Positions 1 through 14,279 of a DNA stretch of 64,000 nt are shown piece by piece (positions within the stretch are counted from its first letter, which is position 1; each line of letters starts with the position of its first letter). A program made the translations under genes and the position numbers. The stretch spans positions 62,001-126,000 of the forward strand of contig MU058252.1 of NCBI GenBank assembly GCA_013265495.1, read 5' to 3'. Below the pieces are notes generated by a model. That model saw nothing but the letters and a program-made list of their open reading frames with translations. It made no database searches and had not been told where the DNA came from. The DNA comes from Vicugna vicugna. Taxonomy: Eukaryota.

Positions 1-831
1 GTGGGTTGGAAAAGGCCCTGAAAGCTGCTGTTTGTAAAGTAGTGCATTGGGGTGGGGGCCTAGTTGGAAATGAGGCTGCAGAAGAGGACCAAGGAGATAC
101 CGTGTGCTTGTGTGATCAGGCCAACGTGACCACAGGATGTTTAATTGTATTAAATGATGTTTGACTGGTGTAATTGCTTTACTCTGAGAAGCCTCAAGGG
201 TTTGGGGGCAAGAACATTAAGAGTCAGAGGGTCGCATCCCACTCTCACCGTAATTAGACATAGTAAGACAAGCCAAATTATTTGGTTTCCTGAGAGCAGA
301 AGCTCTCCAGATCGGTTTGGGAGATGAGTCTGTTTTCCAGTTTCCAAAAACAGAATTCCAATATTCTTCTTGTTTGTTTCCCAGGCCAACCTTAAGGTGG
401 TTCCCTAAGTTACTGAGCAAATTTTAGTGTTCTCAGGGTTTTCCAAAGTCTCCCCCAGCTACTGAATCTCCTGGGAAAATGTAATATTTACAGCTTATGT
501 CACTAGCATAGAATTACCTGGAAAAATGAACAGCTAAAGCTTACTCATTAACATACAGTAATGTTATAATCTCCCTCTGCTTTTTGCATTTGGAGGCCCT
601 GAAAAGACAAAACCAAGCTCATCAAGTGTTCTCACAGTATCATTCCAACCCCAGGTCAGGCTATTCCAGTGTCTTCCCTAAATGCTCATGCTCAGTGGAG
701 GGCAGGAATCAGGACATTTTCATTGTGATGTCATCAGGCCTTTGGAATTTGCCTGACACATTGTAGATAGTTATACCGATTGAATGAATGAATGAATGAA
801 CTAATTGTATTTGGGACTCTTCCAGTTAATC

Positions 832-874
832 ATGGGAAGATGGAAGATGGTAAGAGATGAAGAAAATGCCTACG
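832..874 (+). CDS. GIMAP1: GIMAP1-like, first coding exon (MGRWKMVRDEENAY-G)
   Basis: Acceptor ttccag| ends 825, ATG at 832, 43 coding nt, donor G|gtaagc at 875 (phase 1). The peptide resembles the recalled human GIMAP1 N-terminus MGGRKMATDEENVYG. Confidence 0.85.
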
Positions 875-1809
875 GTAAGCGCATAACTCACAACGTGTAT
901 TCACCCCTACATGTGAGTCTGGGTATTAAAGGGAATGGACTAACTCAAGACAGAGATTTCTCCATGCTCGGATGAAACAGCAAGAACCTGGGGGTTGGCA
1001 TTGGATCTAGATCTCTGCTCCTGCTCTGCTGTGAGATACTAAGTTCTTTGACTAACCTGCACCTCTGTTCCCTACTCTGATCTCCACAGAAGGGGATGTA
1101 GAGGACATCAAATCCTGTATTAGAGAGAACATGATTCACCAGGTAGAATGTGTTAGAGAACAAGGGTGGAGGGTTAAACGGGCATCTTACTAGGCAGCAG
1201 GTTTAAGAGAGAGGAGGGGAGGAGGAGGAGGAGGGAAAGGAGGGGGGAGTAGGCTGGTTTCATCTTATCCTACCAACAACCCCATGAGGACAGCTCTGTA
1301 GTACTGATCCCATCTGTGCAGAAGACGTTTAACACTCAGATTAAGCAGCTTCCCAAGGTTACACCACTGGCAGAGGGTGAGGCTGTGATTCAAACCCTAG
1401 GTGTTGGACTCCAGACAGCCCTCACTGCCAGGCCCAGGGCCCCTCCTGCCTTTCTTTGGGAAAGTATTGCAGAGGCCACTGAAGTGGTCCAGTAGGGACC
1501 AGGTCTGTACAGTGTGGATGACAGATAATGTCAGATGGAGGAATGACCTGTATTATAGAGGGGTGCCCTCTAAAGAAACATTCACCAGGTGCTCAAGCAC
1601 CTACAGGTGCATGTGTGAGGCCAAAGAGGGAAGAAATAGATGGAAAAAGATCCCCCAGAGTTGACAAATCTCGGACCAGGTCACTCAGTAAAGGCTTGAT
1701 CCACAAAGCACAAGTTGAAGGCATTCTGCTCTCCTCTGTTCGAAAGGGGCCCAGGAGACCAGGTACCAGGCAGGACACGTTGCTTTAAGGTTCGGAAGCT
1801 CACAGGTAA

Positions 1810-2688
<879 letters not shown>

Positions 2689-2790
2689 ACTTGAATCTTG
2701 TAGGTAAGTTGGCAAGACAGAAACTGCTTAGAGCTCAAGGGGAACTTCAGAGGAATCTGAGTTCTCAAGTACTGTGGTGAACACTTTTAA

Positions 2791-2796
2791 AATAAA
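2791..2796 (+). terminator. Candidate poly(A) signal of GIMAP1-like gene
   Basis: First AATAAA, about 100 nt after the stop codon. Confidence 0.5.
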
Positions 2797-2806
2797 TTTG
2801 GACAAA

Positions 2807-2913
2807 GGGTGGAGAATATTGCTCAGTGGTAGAGTGCATGTCTAGCAGGTGTAAGTTCCTGGGTTCAATCCCCAGTACCTCCATTAAAAAAATAAAGAAA
2901 CAAACAACCTCCC
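2807..2913 (+). mobile_element. Vic-1-type tRNA-derived SINE; its tail is split by an LTR and resumes at 3532-3547
   Basis: A box gctcagtggtagag, B box ggttcaatccc, A-rich tail ending acctccc. The cccccaaccaaaaaaa end follows the LTR (compare the intact copy at 27425). Confidence 0.8.
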
Positions 2914-3531
2914 TGTGAGGCAGGAGGGAAGGGGACAGGGCACAGCCATTCAAGGGGCAGTGAACACCTAAGTGGTGGAAGATTCAACCCCCATTTGGCC
3001 TTGAAGCTCAAGATGGTGGGAGATTTGACTTCTAGTAGACCTGGAGCTTCATTACTGACTCATTGTAATGATTTATCCTGATCAGTGATGCCCACAGGCA
3101 CCATGACGGTTTCAACCACAAAAGGTCAAAGAGTGGGTGGTGGCCCAGTTCCTGGGTAGTTGGAATGGTCCTCCCACTTATTGGCATGTGAAGCTACTCA
3201 GGCCGTAAAAACTGGCAACACTACCTTGTGGCCACCTCTCTCTCCCTCATCTTCAGGACTGTGGGCAGTTTATGGAGTACATATCTACTTTTACTTTAAC
3301 CTGAGCACCCAACCCTTACACCTCATGGTGTTTGTCTCTTGAAACAGCCTACACTCTATTTAGTATGTATCTCTCTAAATAAATTGATTCACTGAACTGT
3401 GGCTCGCTCTTGAATTCTTTCTTGCAAGAAGCCAATGACCCACACGCAGCTGGGTGTGTCCTGGGAACTCCACTGAGACCTGGGACACGGCCCTCCTCAC
3501 ATCTCACATTTGTTTTTTTTTTCCTTTATCA
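2914..3531 (+). mobile_element. Solo ERV1 LTR (MER41-like family of artiodactyls)
   Basis: Starts TGTGAGG and ends TTTATCA. Internal AATAAA near 3378. Contains the recalled MER41-like motifs ggtcaaa..gtggg.ggtggccc and ttgaattctttc.tgc..gaagccaa. Confidence 0.7.
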
Positions 3532-3739
3532 CCCCCAACCAAAAAAATATTTTAAGATAAATTTTTGTTTTAATTTGTACAATCATAAAATATCCTTAAA
3601 ACGTGTTCGTCATCTTGATGTATCTCTTGAAAAATAGTGAAATGACTGGTAGTATTTTAGTAGGAAGTGGATTCATAGCCAAGGGAAAACATCTATATTG
3701 TGAGTTTTGTTTGTTTGTTTAGACACTGTCTTTCTCCCT

Positions 3740-4100
3740 CCAACTGCTATTTGTAAAAAAGAAAAGTAAACCCCACGTAGACTGAGTGGCTTAAAAACAA
3801 CAGACAATTATGCCTCACAGTTCTGGAGCCTGGAAGTCCAAGATCAGGATGCTAGCATGGTTCAGTTTGGGGGAGAGCCCTCTCTGGCGGAAGACTGCCA
3901 ACTTCAGCCGTATCCTCACAGGATGGAAGGGCGGTGCTCGCTCTCCCGCAGCCTCTTTAACAAGGGCACTAATCCCAGTCCTGAGGAATTTATTCTCTGG
4001 CCCAGTCACCTCCCAGTAGCCCCACCTCCTAATACCATCCTCTTCAGGTCAGGTCTCCAACATGTGGATGTCGGGGGGACACAGACCTTCAGACTGTAGC
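3740..4100 (-). mobile_element. MaLR LTR (MLT1A/B-like)
   Basis: Typical antisense MLT text: gtggcttaaaaacaacag...cacagttctggagcctggaagtccaagatcagg...gggggacacagac. Confidence 0.75.
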
Positions 4101-7100
4101 TACCCTGACTGTCCTTGAGAATTTGCTGGTTCTTATGGGTGGATATCTCCCTATGTGATCTTGTAGATTTTTATTATCATCAATGAGAGAGATGTCACAG
4201 TTATACTTGATGATTACTTCTGACACATCCATTAATTTACTAGTACAATGATTTAGTGCCAAGAAGTTTAATGTAACTATATGCAAATAACACAGTTTCC
4301 AATTTTCTAGCGTGTATTATGGTTCATGCCTGTCCAAAACAAAGTAAGATTTGGGGAAAATAAAATGCCGTATCTTTCATGTGGTTATCTGCCTGGATTT
4401 TTATGCAAATTATCATCATCATCATCACCATCACCATCAAGCTCCTGTCTCAGTGGAGAAGAGAGGGAGCAGCTGGTGCATCAGCCAGGAGCCACAGGGC
4501 ATGAAGTTAGGTGCAGCTGTCCTGTGGGGTTGTATAGGGGATGGGCCAACCCACGGTAAGTTCTTAAATGCCAGCAAACTTTAGGATCTCTTTATTTCTC
4601 TTTCTGAATGTGTTAGAACACTTTAAAGGAAGTCTTTCTCTTTATATCAACCACGCACTAGTTAGGAGGTGTGGATGCAGGAGGAAGCAGCTACCCCAAA
4701 TCTACCATGGTTCTGAGAAGCAGAGGGTGATGGGGGAGGAGAGGAGTTGTGTGCAGGAGCAGTATGGCCATCCCAGCTCCTTGTGAAGGCCCCTATGCGC
4801 ATTTGTTTGGATGCCACATGGGGTTAAGGGCCTACGGACGCCCAGGATTACCAGCCTAGGCTGGACTGCAGTTTTGTGGGGAGGTGGGGGGAGTGCTGAG
4901 GGTCACAGTGGTCAGTGAGTTGGGCTCTGTGAAGCCTGGCTGGAAAGAGGTTCATTATCAATTCCTGCCTTTAGCAACCTGCTGTGCCCATGCAGGGACT
5001 CTCAGCCAGGGAGGGGTTCCTTACACGACCTGAGGGGCCCAGAGAGGAGCCGGCAGAGGGGACACCACCAGGTGCCCGCAGCTCACCCAGCCAGGACCAC
5101 AGGCACATGAGCATGCGCACTGGACCAAGGTAGCGCTTACCAACGGAGCTGATTTTAACCTGCTGTTCTTTCATTTTTTCATTGCCTCACGTCCAGGTGT
5201 CCACATATGCCCTCCAGTTTCTCTCTTTACTTATTCCTTCTGTCTTGTTTGTAAATGGAAACGTGATTTTTAAAATAAATATGAGTGTTAGGATTGTAAA
5301 ATTCTCATGCGGACTGTAGCGTATAGAAATACATTGGGTCGGAGGAAGGTTTGACATCCATGGGTAAAACGCCCTCCTTGGGGCATCACCAAGAACGTTG
5401 CGGGGATAGTGGAAAGAACAGATGTGCGCTGGGGCCCAAGGGACTTGTGTTCCAGAGCTGGTTCCCTGTGAATTTACTTTGAGATCTTGGGCACAAAGGG
5501 ATTAGTTTTCTCTTGAGAGATATATATTAATACTAATCTTTATAGCTTTCATGTATGGTGAAATCATGTGTGTGAAAACACTTTGTAGGTTAAATCCCAA
5601 AAGAACATGATACAGAAACAAAATAATCTAAGAAGAAACTTTTCATAATAATAAAACAAATAAATTTCATACTCATAAACACATACATTTCACACTTATT
5701 ATTCATAATAAAGATTCCACATTATTCTGTGTATACATAGAGTTGGGAGCTATTGATAATATAAGGTAAGACATGATTAGTTGTCAGATACATTTCCAAA
5801 GTACAATTAAAGTTGTGTTTGTTCCCTAAAATATTGCTACTTTCTAATCCTTAGATTTACAAATATGCAAAATGACTCATAGGTAAGTGTGGAACACACA
5901 ATTTTATTTTTGTTTTTAAAATATAATTTAATATTACATAGGTAATACTAGATAGATCATAAAACAAAATAATACAAGATTGATCATAAACTAGAAAACT
6001 GCAGCTGTAGAAAACACTATAAAATAATCACATTTATTGCTTAATATTTTATGATGAAAACTATCTCATGAGGTATGAAGGATAATTATCATTAACAGCC
6101 TTTTGTTTGAAGAGGAAAGTAATCTACTGAGAGATAAATGATTTCTAAGGGCAAAATGTGGCCAATCAGAAATCAGAACCAAAACTTATTCTTTCTTACT
6201 GTCCTATAGGAAGAATTTCCTTAACCAGATGCAGGGTCAAAAAGCTATCCAACTTCTCAAAAATGGTATATTTGTGTAGATAAACATTCATATTGACTTC
6301 GTCTCCTCTCACCTTTTGTTTTATCTCTTCAAGCATAAAATGCCTTGATCATGTGCTAATGCAGGGTTGGTTTTTTTTTCACATTTGCATGCCCTGCTGC
6401 CTAGATCAGCTGCCATTTTACCAAAAGAGTTTCATATTTGGCTTATTTGAGAGCTGTTGTTGACCAGGATGAGTTTTTCAAGCAGAAGATTTCAAACAAT
6501 GCACACTCTCTTACATAGTCTTGTACAATATTCAGTGCCTGGCTGGGCAGATGCCACTACACCCTATGGATTTAATTCCCTAGAAAAGGATTCCTGTACT
6601 TTCTTGGGGAAGACAAAGTCAGACTATGACCTAATATTCTTTTGTTTATTTGTATGTTTGTTTGCCCTGAGAGCAGAGCCCTCATCTGATAGTGGCAATA
6701 TTTGCCTTTTCTTATACAACAGGTTTTGTGCTTGCCTCTTCCAATAATAAAATATTTTGAGATTTTTGTAAGTTTGTCTCTTACTTCTTTTCTTTTTTAA
6801 TAAAGCAGTTGTCTCCCAAAATGACATAGTGTTTTAATTATTATTGGGAGTCTTAATTATTTTTATACCTTACATTCAGTCTCACTCTTTGTCCAGTTCT
6901 TGTTTATTTTATATTTTTTTTCACTGTTTATAATTCTCAGATATCATTAAGTTTAGGCATTCTGACTCCTCTGAAAATAGTATTAAATTGTATATATCAA
7001 TTGATTTACTACATCTTTCCTTCCACATGCTGAAGAAATATTTCTGGGAGACACTGAAGAGAACTGCTCATCACTCCTCGAAAATTACACACCGCTAAAA

Positions 7101-7539
7101 ATAGACACCCCAATCCCAGAGAACAAAAGACAAAGGTGGGGTATAACCAACCAACCAACCTAATTATTCCCCCCACCCAAAACCGAACAAAAACAACAAA
7201 AAAAAAGCTCCTTACTTAAAAAAAAAAACAAAACACACAGACAAGGGCAGTCACTCTGTGACTCAATTCTGCAGGTTTCTGGAAAGGAGCAACTGCAAGT
7301 AGGAAGGCTCAGTTCTAACCTGTTCCACAACTGGGCTCCAGTAGGTAGAGAAATTCTTCATGAAACCCAGTGGTTCCTTCTCGTGCAAAAGAAAATAACT
7401 CTCTAAGTGGGTCCCTTTGTAGGTGCTTTCACACAGAGACAGATCCGGATGGGGTCTGTTATCAGAGTTACTCAGACTCAGGCCTACGGCATGAAACTGA
7501 TTTCTGGAGAGCTCGGCACTCCTGCAGAGGCACCATGGG

Positions 7540-7960
7540 CTCAGGGGCCGCCGTCTGGGGCCTGTGTTTTCCTCTTTAACACTCCAAACAGCAATTTTCG
7601 CAAGTCTTAAAGAGGAAACTGGAGGGGACGAGGAGCTCGCAGGCTCCGACGACCGAAAGCATCCCACTGGGTGACAGCACGCCCTGCATTCGCTCTCGGG
7701 TTTCCACTGCGGCAGTTTAGCCTCTTTCCGGAACGGGGAGTCCCCAGCTGCGCGGAAAGGGGGCGCATTCCGTGGCCCCATTTTCCTCCTCGCCCTGCAG
7801 CCCTGCCCTGGAACCTCCGCCCGCTCACGCGGCCCCTCCTCGCCCCGCGCGCTCCCAGCCTGCAGCGCCGCGCCTGGTAAGGGGAACTCGGCGGGGGTTT
7901 GGGGACCCTGGAGCCCGCCTTTGAGTCACAGCTACTGATTTCTGGTGTGATTCACATCGG
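7540..7960 (+). promoter_or_regulatory. CpG island, candidate promoter or non-coding first exon (possibly of GIMAP5)
   Basis: Dense CpG/GC stretch in an AT-rich background. ETS core CCGGAA near 7728, AP-1 TGAGTCA 7922-7928, splice donor ctg|gtaagg at 7877. Confidence 0.5.
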
Positions 7961-10019
7961 TGACCGTACTTCTGTGTGTCTCATTAGTGAAACGAGGAGC
8001 TGATGGGGAGTTATGGGCAACAGCAGATTTGGAGTGGGACGGAAACAGGTTTGGGGACCCTTCACCCCTCTTCCAGCGCCCATCGCATCCCACAGCGCTG
8101 CAGTCTTTTCCGCCTAACTGCCTACTTCTTAGCGCTTTTAATCTTCATGAGCTTCACAGCGTTTCATAAAGCTTCATTAATAATTCATCATCTCATTTGA
8201 CAGATAAGGAAACTGAAACCCTGAAGGCGCCCTAAGTGGGGCACAATTTTCAATTTTACCCTCTTAACTTCTCCTATAGCGCCCCCACCCCTATCCCTGA
8301 CAAGCGCCACATTCCAGAGAGTCCGGTGCGGGGAATGGGTTCCTAGGGCCCCGTAGAGTAAATACAGGATCATTATCCTGTATTTACTACACTGAGCCAC
8401 GTGTTCCAAACGAGACCTCTCAGTGGACATCGTATATGACCCTGAGCTTTTGAACACCACTTCATCCTTCCCCAGATACCCACAATTTTCCTGACACAAT
8501 GTAAGATTCGACACTATAGCAAACAGACTCATGTTTAGGATGTATAGGAACCAATCCTTTGTTTGCTAAATCTTCTGTGAGAGTCATGTTTTGAAATCCC
8601 AGTGCTAAACTACAAAATAATACCAGGAAACAGGGACTGGGGCAGATAAGTGAAAGAGATACTTATGAACAAGGCAACAAAAAATTATCATCTTTCCTAA
8701 AACAGCATGAGAGAGCCTGCTTTCTCATGGTTTGATAAAATAAGGTGTCATCATGACAAAATCGTATAATTTAAAAATCAGAATATCCATTATGTTCATT
8801 TGCTTCGACCTCTTTCCTAAGCTAGATCCTCCTGCTCCTCCTGTCACATACAGTTATAATCTCTGCTCACATACTGCCTGCCACTCTCTCATGACTCCTG
8901 GTCCCATTTGGGGGAAGTTTAGTAGGATTTTCCTTGTGGAGAAGAGATCTACCTCTGTTCTTTATGCTTCCTTTTGTGTCTACAATGAGATTGGTACATA
9001 TCACGTTCCTTCAAGGTTACCATGCTTCCAGTCTTTTCCTACACTTTGTTCAGCCCTTTTAATATTTTGTCCGTGACTCATTTTAACATCTCCATCAATA
9101 TCCTTTCTGACTCGTCTCCAGACACTCTGTTAATATCTGCCAAAAAAATCTATTTCTCAGTGGAACATGTCTCCCCCAGGAGCCTGACCCACTTGGAAGA
9201 TAGTTCAGAGTACCACTGTGCCACACCTCTGCCAATGTAACCTGAATTTGATTGGCTTTTGGGACAGCCACATAGCTCCATTTGGGTCACACTGATAATC
9301 AAGTCATAAAAACACCAGGTTGTTTTAAACTGAAATACTTCAGTTCAGAGCAACTCCTGCCCCTGCCATTTTACCTTTGAATAAGCTTTTTTTTTTTTTG
9401 GAAAAATATACACTCAAGATTTTGCAATACAATGGATGGCATTGGTTTGGGGGCAGGCTTCCAGCCTGTTTGCATCAGTTTATGTCCAGACCATGGATGA
9501 CAACATTGGATGTGGTGTTCCAAGAGGCTTATTATCTACTTTGGAATACTTCCCCCCTGTGGAATCTAGGAGAATACACAGGCAAAATGAGCCATTTTCA
9601 TTCAGTCTTTTTTACCACTAGCTCTGTGGTAATTGTGTGATCTTGAGCAGGTCAGTTAATGCTCAGTTTCTTAATATTTTAATAGAAAACTTAATACCTA
9701 TCTTGATTGCATCATAGGGGATTTAGAACAATGAAAATAATGGGCATGAAAGAAACTTGAAAATTATAAATGGCTGCACAGAGGATTTTTATCATGGTGA
9801 AATTCATCATTGACATTGTCACCACTGTCATCATCATCTCAACCACAGCAATATATTGATTCCAACATATTTTTGGGAAGGAAAAGAAAAGGAAAGAAAG
9901 AAGTTGTCTTAATATATTCTGATGATGTGAAAAGGGATGGTTTTCCCTAATGAGGACCATTTCCACTCATTCCTACTGAATGAATAGAAAAATGTGAAAA
10001 AGGTAGAAATAACAGAATC

Positions 10020-10690
10020 AACCTGAATAGCAAATCATGAAAACCATTTGAATTCAATGGTAATCAGTAAAATGCAAGTTTACAACAGCTAAGACATCCT
10101 AAATTATGCCCATAAGGGTGACAAAAAAATTGAAAATGTAATATCACCAAGTATAAGTGACAATTTGGGGAATTCTCACACATGGCTGGTGTGAATTAGC
10201 ACAACATCTTGGAGTCATATTTAGCAATATCTAGTCAGGTGGAAATTGTATGTCCCAGCTAAATTGTTGCACATGTGCACAAGATGTGTATGGGAATTCC
10301 TCCCCAGCATTGTTTGTAGTAGCAAGTTCCATATTTGGAACACCAAATGTCTGTTTAAAAAGAATTGGATAAATGTTACTATCTACAGACACATGTGTAG
10401 GTGGAAGTGTAAATACACAAATGAGAGTGATACATACAACCTCAGATTTTGGCTGTCTCTGTAGGGAAGAGGGAGGGAAAATAAGACTGAGGGAGTCAAA
10501 AAATAAATAAATGGAACTACTATATGTGTAATGTTTAAACTTTTTCAATCAAACAGGATATCAGCAGTAAAAATGCCAAAACACTTACATTTGTTCATTG
10601 CAAATGATGGATATTTGTTTCATTACTCTGTGTATTTCTCCACTTACAAAGTTTGTTTCATAACTGCATAATCTTTAAAACTGAATAAAT
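10020..10690 (+). mobile_element. Old L1 (L1ME-like) 3' fragments
   Basis: Degenerate L1 ORF2-end/3'UTR text (aaatgcaagtt..., ttagcaatatctagt..., cagcattgtttgtagtagcaa). Confidence 0.55.
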
Positions 10691-11366
10691 AAAATACAGT
10701 CTCAGAGTTCATCTTAAGCAGTGTTGCACATTGAATGCTGGCCTTTTCTAACATACCAAGAATGATATAATACTATGCCTCATCTGAATGAAACTTTTAT
10801 CCCCATGGTTTTGCCAATTTCTGGTTATATCTGGTGGAATTTTAAAATAATGGTGATTATAGGGAGACCCATCGTTGTTTATTATTGGAGGAAATTGGAG
10901 GATAATTGGAGGAAAGCTATTTGATTAAAAACCGAGCAGGGAATGAATTTATCTTGAACTTGTCCTGAATGGTGATTTTTTTCCCCTTATTCACAGCACC
11001 ACCTTCTCTCCACCAGCTGCTCAGGGCAGAGGAAGGAAGGTGGCCGTGCTTGGCCCTCTGTTGCTGCTTCCTCTCGTGTCAGTCCACCCAGGAGCCCTTG
11101 ATTCCCGATTCCACACTCCCAGTGGACGGTACATTGTACTCTCCTCTTTGCCACTGGACTGTCTATCTGATACAAAGGGTTTCAGAAAATGCCCAGTATT
11201 TCAAACAAACCAATGTCATTTATAGCCAGGCAATTTTATTCTCCATTTTAGCAAGTATGCCTACTTTGAATCAAAAAAAAAAAAAAGTCCCACTTCTCAT
11301 TCTATAGAAGAACGCTTTCTTTCTTTCATGCTTTTTCAAGTTGAAGGGAGATAATCAACCGATTTG

Positions 11367-12521
11367 AGTTTTTTTCCTTCATTTTTCTTTTTTTTATTGA
11401 AGTATAGTCAGTTTACAAAGTTGTGTTAAGCACTATTTACAATAGCCAAGACATGAAATAATCTAAATGTCCATCAACAGATGACTGGATAAAGAAGTTG
11501 TGGTGTATTTATAGAATGGAATACTACTCAACCACAAAAAATAATAAAATAATGCCATTTGCAGCAACATGAATAGACCTGGAGATCGTCATACTAAATG
11601 AAGTAAGCCAGAAAGAGAAAGAAAAATACTATGTGATATCACTTATATATGGAATCTAAAAAAAAGGCAAATGAACTTCTGTTTACAGAACAGAAACAGG
11701 CTCACATACATAGAAAACAAACTTATGGTTACCAGAGGGGGAAAGAGGTGGGAAGGGATAAAGTGGGAATTTCAAGATTTGCAGATACTAACTACTATGT
11801 ATAAAACAGATAAACAACAAGTTTCTACTGTATAGCCCAGGGAACTATACTCAATATCTTGTATTAACTGATAATGAAAAAGAATGTGAAAACAAATATA
11901 TATGTATGTATAGGTATGACTGAACTATTATGCTGTACACCAGAAATTGACACAACATTGTGAACTGACTAGACTTCAATTAAAAAAAAAGTTGTGTTAA
12001 TTTCTGTTGTATAGCATAGTGATTCAGTTATACACAGATATATGTGTATATGTGTGTATATATATTTCTTTTCATATTTTTTATTAAAGACTATTGCAAG
12101 ATATTGAATATAGTTCCCTGTGCTATATAGTAGGACCTTATTGTTTATCTATTTTATATTTAGTAGTTAGTGTCTGCAAATCCTGAACTTCCAACTTATC
12201 CCTTCACTCCCTTCCCTTTCCTCCTGGTAACCATAAGTTTGTTTTCTATGTCTGTGAGTCTATTTCTGTTTTGTAAATGAGTTCATTAGTGTCTTTTTTT
12301 TTTAGATTCCACATATAAGTAGTTTTCTTTCTCTGTCTGACTTATATCACTTAGTATAACAGTCTCCAGGTCCATCCATTTTGCTGCAGATGGCATTATT
12401 TTATTTTTTATGGCTGAGTAGTATTCCATTGTATGTATTATTTATTATATATTAACATATAATATATAAATAATAACTTCTTTATCCAATTGTCTGTCAG
12501 TAGACATTTATGTTGCTTTCA
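11367..12521 (-). mobile_element. 5'-truncated L1 (antisense) hosting a nested L1
   Basis: Poly-T start and L1 3'UTR in reverse. TSD ataatcaac(c/t)gatttg at 11351-11366 and 12522-12537. Confidence 0.85.
11430..11987 (+). mobile_element. 5'-truncated L1 nested in the previous L1
   Basis: L1 3'UTR and poly-A. Exact 13-bp TSD aaagttgtgttaa at 11417-11429 and 11988-12000. Confidence 0.9.
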
Positions 12522-12798
12522 ATAATCAACTGATTTGTTTTAAAATATTTCTTGCTTTCCTGGAGGATGAGAAAAAAGCAACATTTCATTGTGTTAACAT
12601 AACCTAGCATCACCTGGCTTGCTTAAATTTATGTACAAATGTTTGAGAGTAAAATAGGAGATAGAAATTAGCAATAGAAATGGCTCATCTCAGGATAACT
12701 ATTCTTGGGTGTCTGAATTAGAGGTGTTCTCAGGCCTTACCACCTCCCATATGGACACTTGGTTTTTATTCCTTTCCTTCTTTGTGTTCCAGAAGAGA

Positions 12799-12841
12799 AT
12801 GGAAGGGCTTCAGAGAAGCACATACGGAACTATGGCTGAAG
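12799..12841 (+). CDS. GIMAP5: GIMAP5 first coding exon (MEGLQRSTYGTMAE-G)
   Basis: Polypyrimidine tract and ccag| acceptor at 12792, ATG 12799, donor G|gtaaga at 12842. Resembles recalled human MGGFQRGKYGTMAEG and mouse MEHLQKSTYGT. Confidence 0.9.
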
Positions 12842-14021
12842 GTAAGAAAGCCTCCAAATTCTCAAGAGCTCTAGACACCAGAGAAGAGTAAATATTTTCT
12901 CTCTATCTACCCCTCACCTCAAACATGGTGACAGAGAAGAAACCTACTAATTTTAAACAGCAGAAGAAAAAGGCAGCTATGGTCTGTTCTTTATCCTCCG
13001 ATCATCATCACACTCCAGCCACCCCAGAATGTGATGCTCTCCCCTGTGCACGATGTGTGGGAAATGAGGAAATGTAACTTCGAGTTAGAGGTTAGGGGAT
13101 TTGGAACCGAATTGTGAAAACGATATCTTTCCTCTTAGCTGAAAAGAGGAAAAGTTCCCCATAGAGATTTAGTAATCATGTTTGCTAAAACAAAACAAAC
13201 AAACAAACAAAAACTGGAATACTTAAGGAAAGGAAGACCCAACACAGAGTAAAAGGAATAAAATAAGAGAGTTTAGGAGCCTAAAATGCACTTAATTCAT
13301 TTGAGCTTCTAAGAACCTTAGAAATCCTTGGATTCTCATTCTCTTCATCCCTTGAAGATTTTAACTCTTGGTTCAGTATCACCCCCTCCAACACCACTTT
13401 CGTTGTAACTTCCTGTAATTCTATCAGCCAAATAGATGATCTTTCCAACACATGTATTTCTAATGGTCTTATTATCTCTTTAGCCACTCATCCATGGTCA
13501 TCTGTCACACTTGCTCCTTGACATTAACTGCAACCATTTTGTGGTCTCACTTTCAAACCTCCAGCTCCCTACCCGAAGAGTGGAAACCCGGGGGCATTTG
13601 GCTGGTCCTTGCGGAGAGGTCACTGCAGCTCTGACATCTGACTTCCTTTATCCTCAAGGTTTAGATGAGTGTGATGAGCAGTCTCAAGTGTACCTGGGAA
13701 TTTCTGGGTGAAAAAGAGACGATAAGATGGTCTCCTCTGTGACTTCACATCATCCACCTCTTTCTAATCTCACATTTACTTAGCAAGATACTGGCCTAAG
13801 CACCCTTCCTGGAAAAGCACAGGGATCACTTTTCTTTCACAAAAGCTGTATTTGTCCTGATCTAGATGAAGTGCTTGGAGCATCCTTCTTAGTGAAGCAG
13901 CTCTTACTTCACTGTGGGCCCAAGCTCAGGCTCCCAATTTGTGGGCTTCCTACCATTCAAAAGTCACCTAAAATTGTCTGCAAACTTTTGTGTGTATTCA
14001 ATTAAAAATTCTGTTAGTTTG

Positions 14022-14143
14022 TTTTGGGGGAGAGATAAGTAGATCTATTTATTTACTTACTTATTTTAATGGCAGTACTGGGGATTGAACCCAGGATCTC
14101 ATGCATACTAAGCATGCACTCCACCACTGAGCTATACCCTCCC
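14022..14143 (-). mobile_element. Vic-1-type SINE in GIMAP5 intron
   Basis: gtactggggattgaacccagg...caccactgagctataccctccc (reverse B box and A box). Confidence 0.85.
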
Positions 14144-14279
14144 ACATCACGTGTATATTTAAATATCACTATTTTGGGGGGACAGAGGCCCATAGCTTTC
14201 ATGAGATACCATTAGGGATCCATGACCTAAAAATCTTAAGAATCACTAACTTAGTAACACACACACAATTTTTTTATAG

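Noticed and set aside
2807..2890. tRNA-like sequence with A and B boxes (also 14022, 23745, 27425, 35690, 46240)
   Set aside because: These are dispersed diverged copies with A-rich tails and a TSD, so they are tRNA-derived SINEs, not tRNA genes.
3149..3157. Possible GAS/STAT1 site in the MER41-like LTR
   Set aside because: It reads TTCCTGGGT, which does not fit TTCNNNGAA.
4351..4584. ORF with a poly-His run
   Set aside because: It is the translation of a (CAT/CAC)n microsatellite with no other gene evidence.
6400..6620. Stretch that looks slightly coding (possible pseudo-exon)
   Set aside because: Only short frames, with no protein similarity I could recognise.
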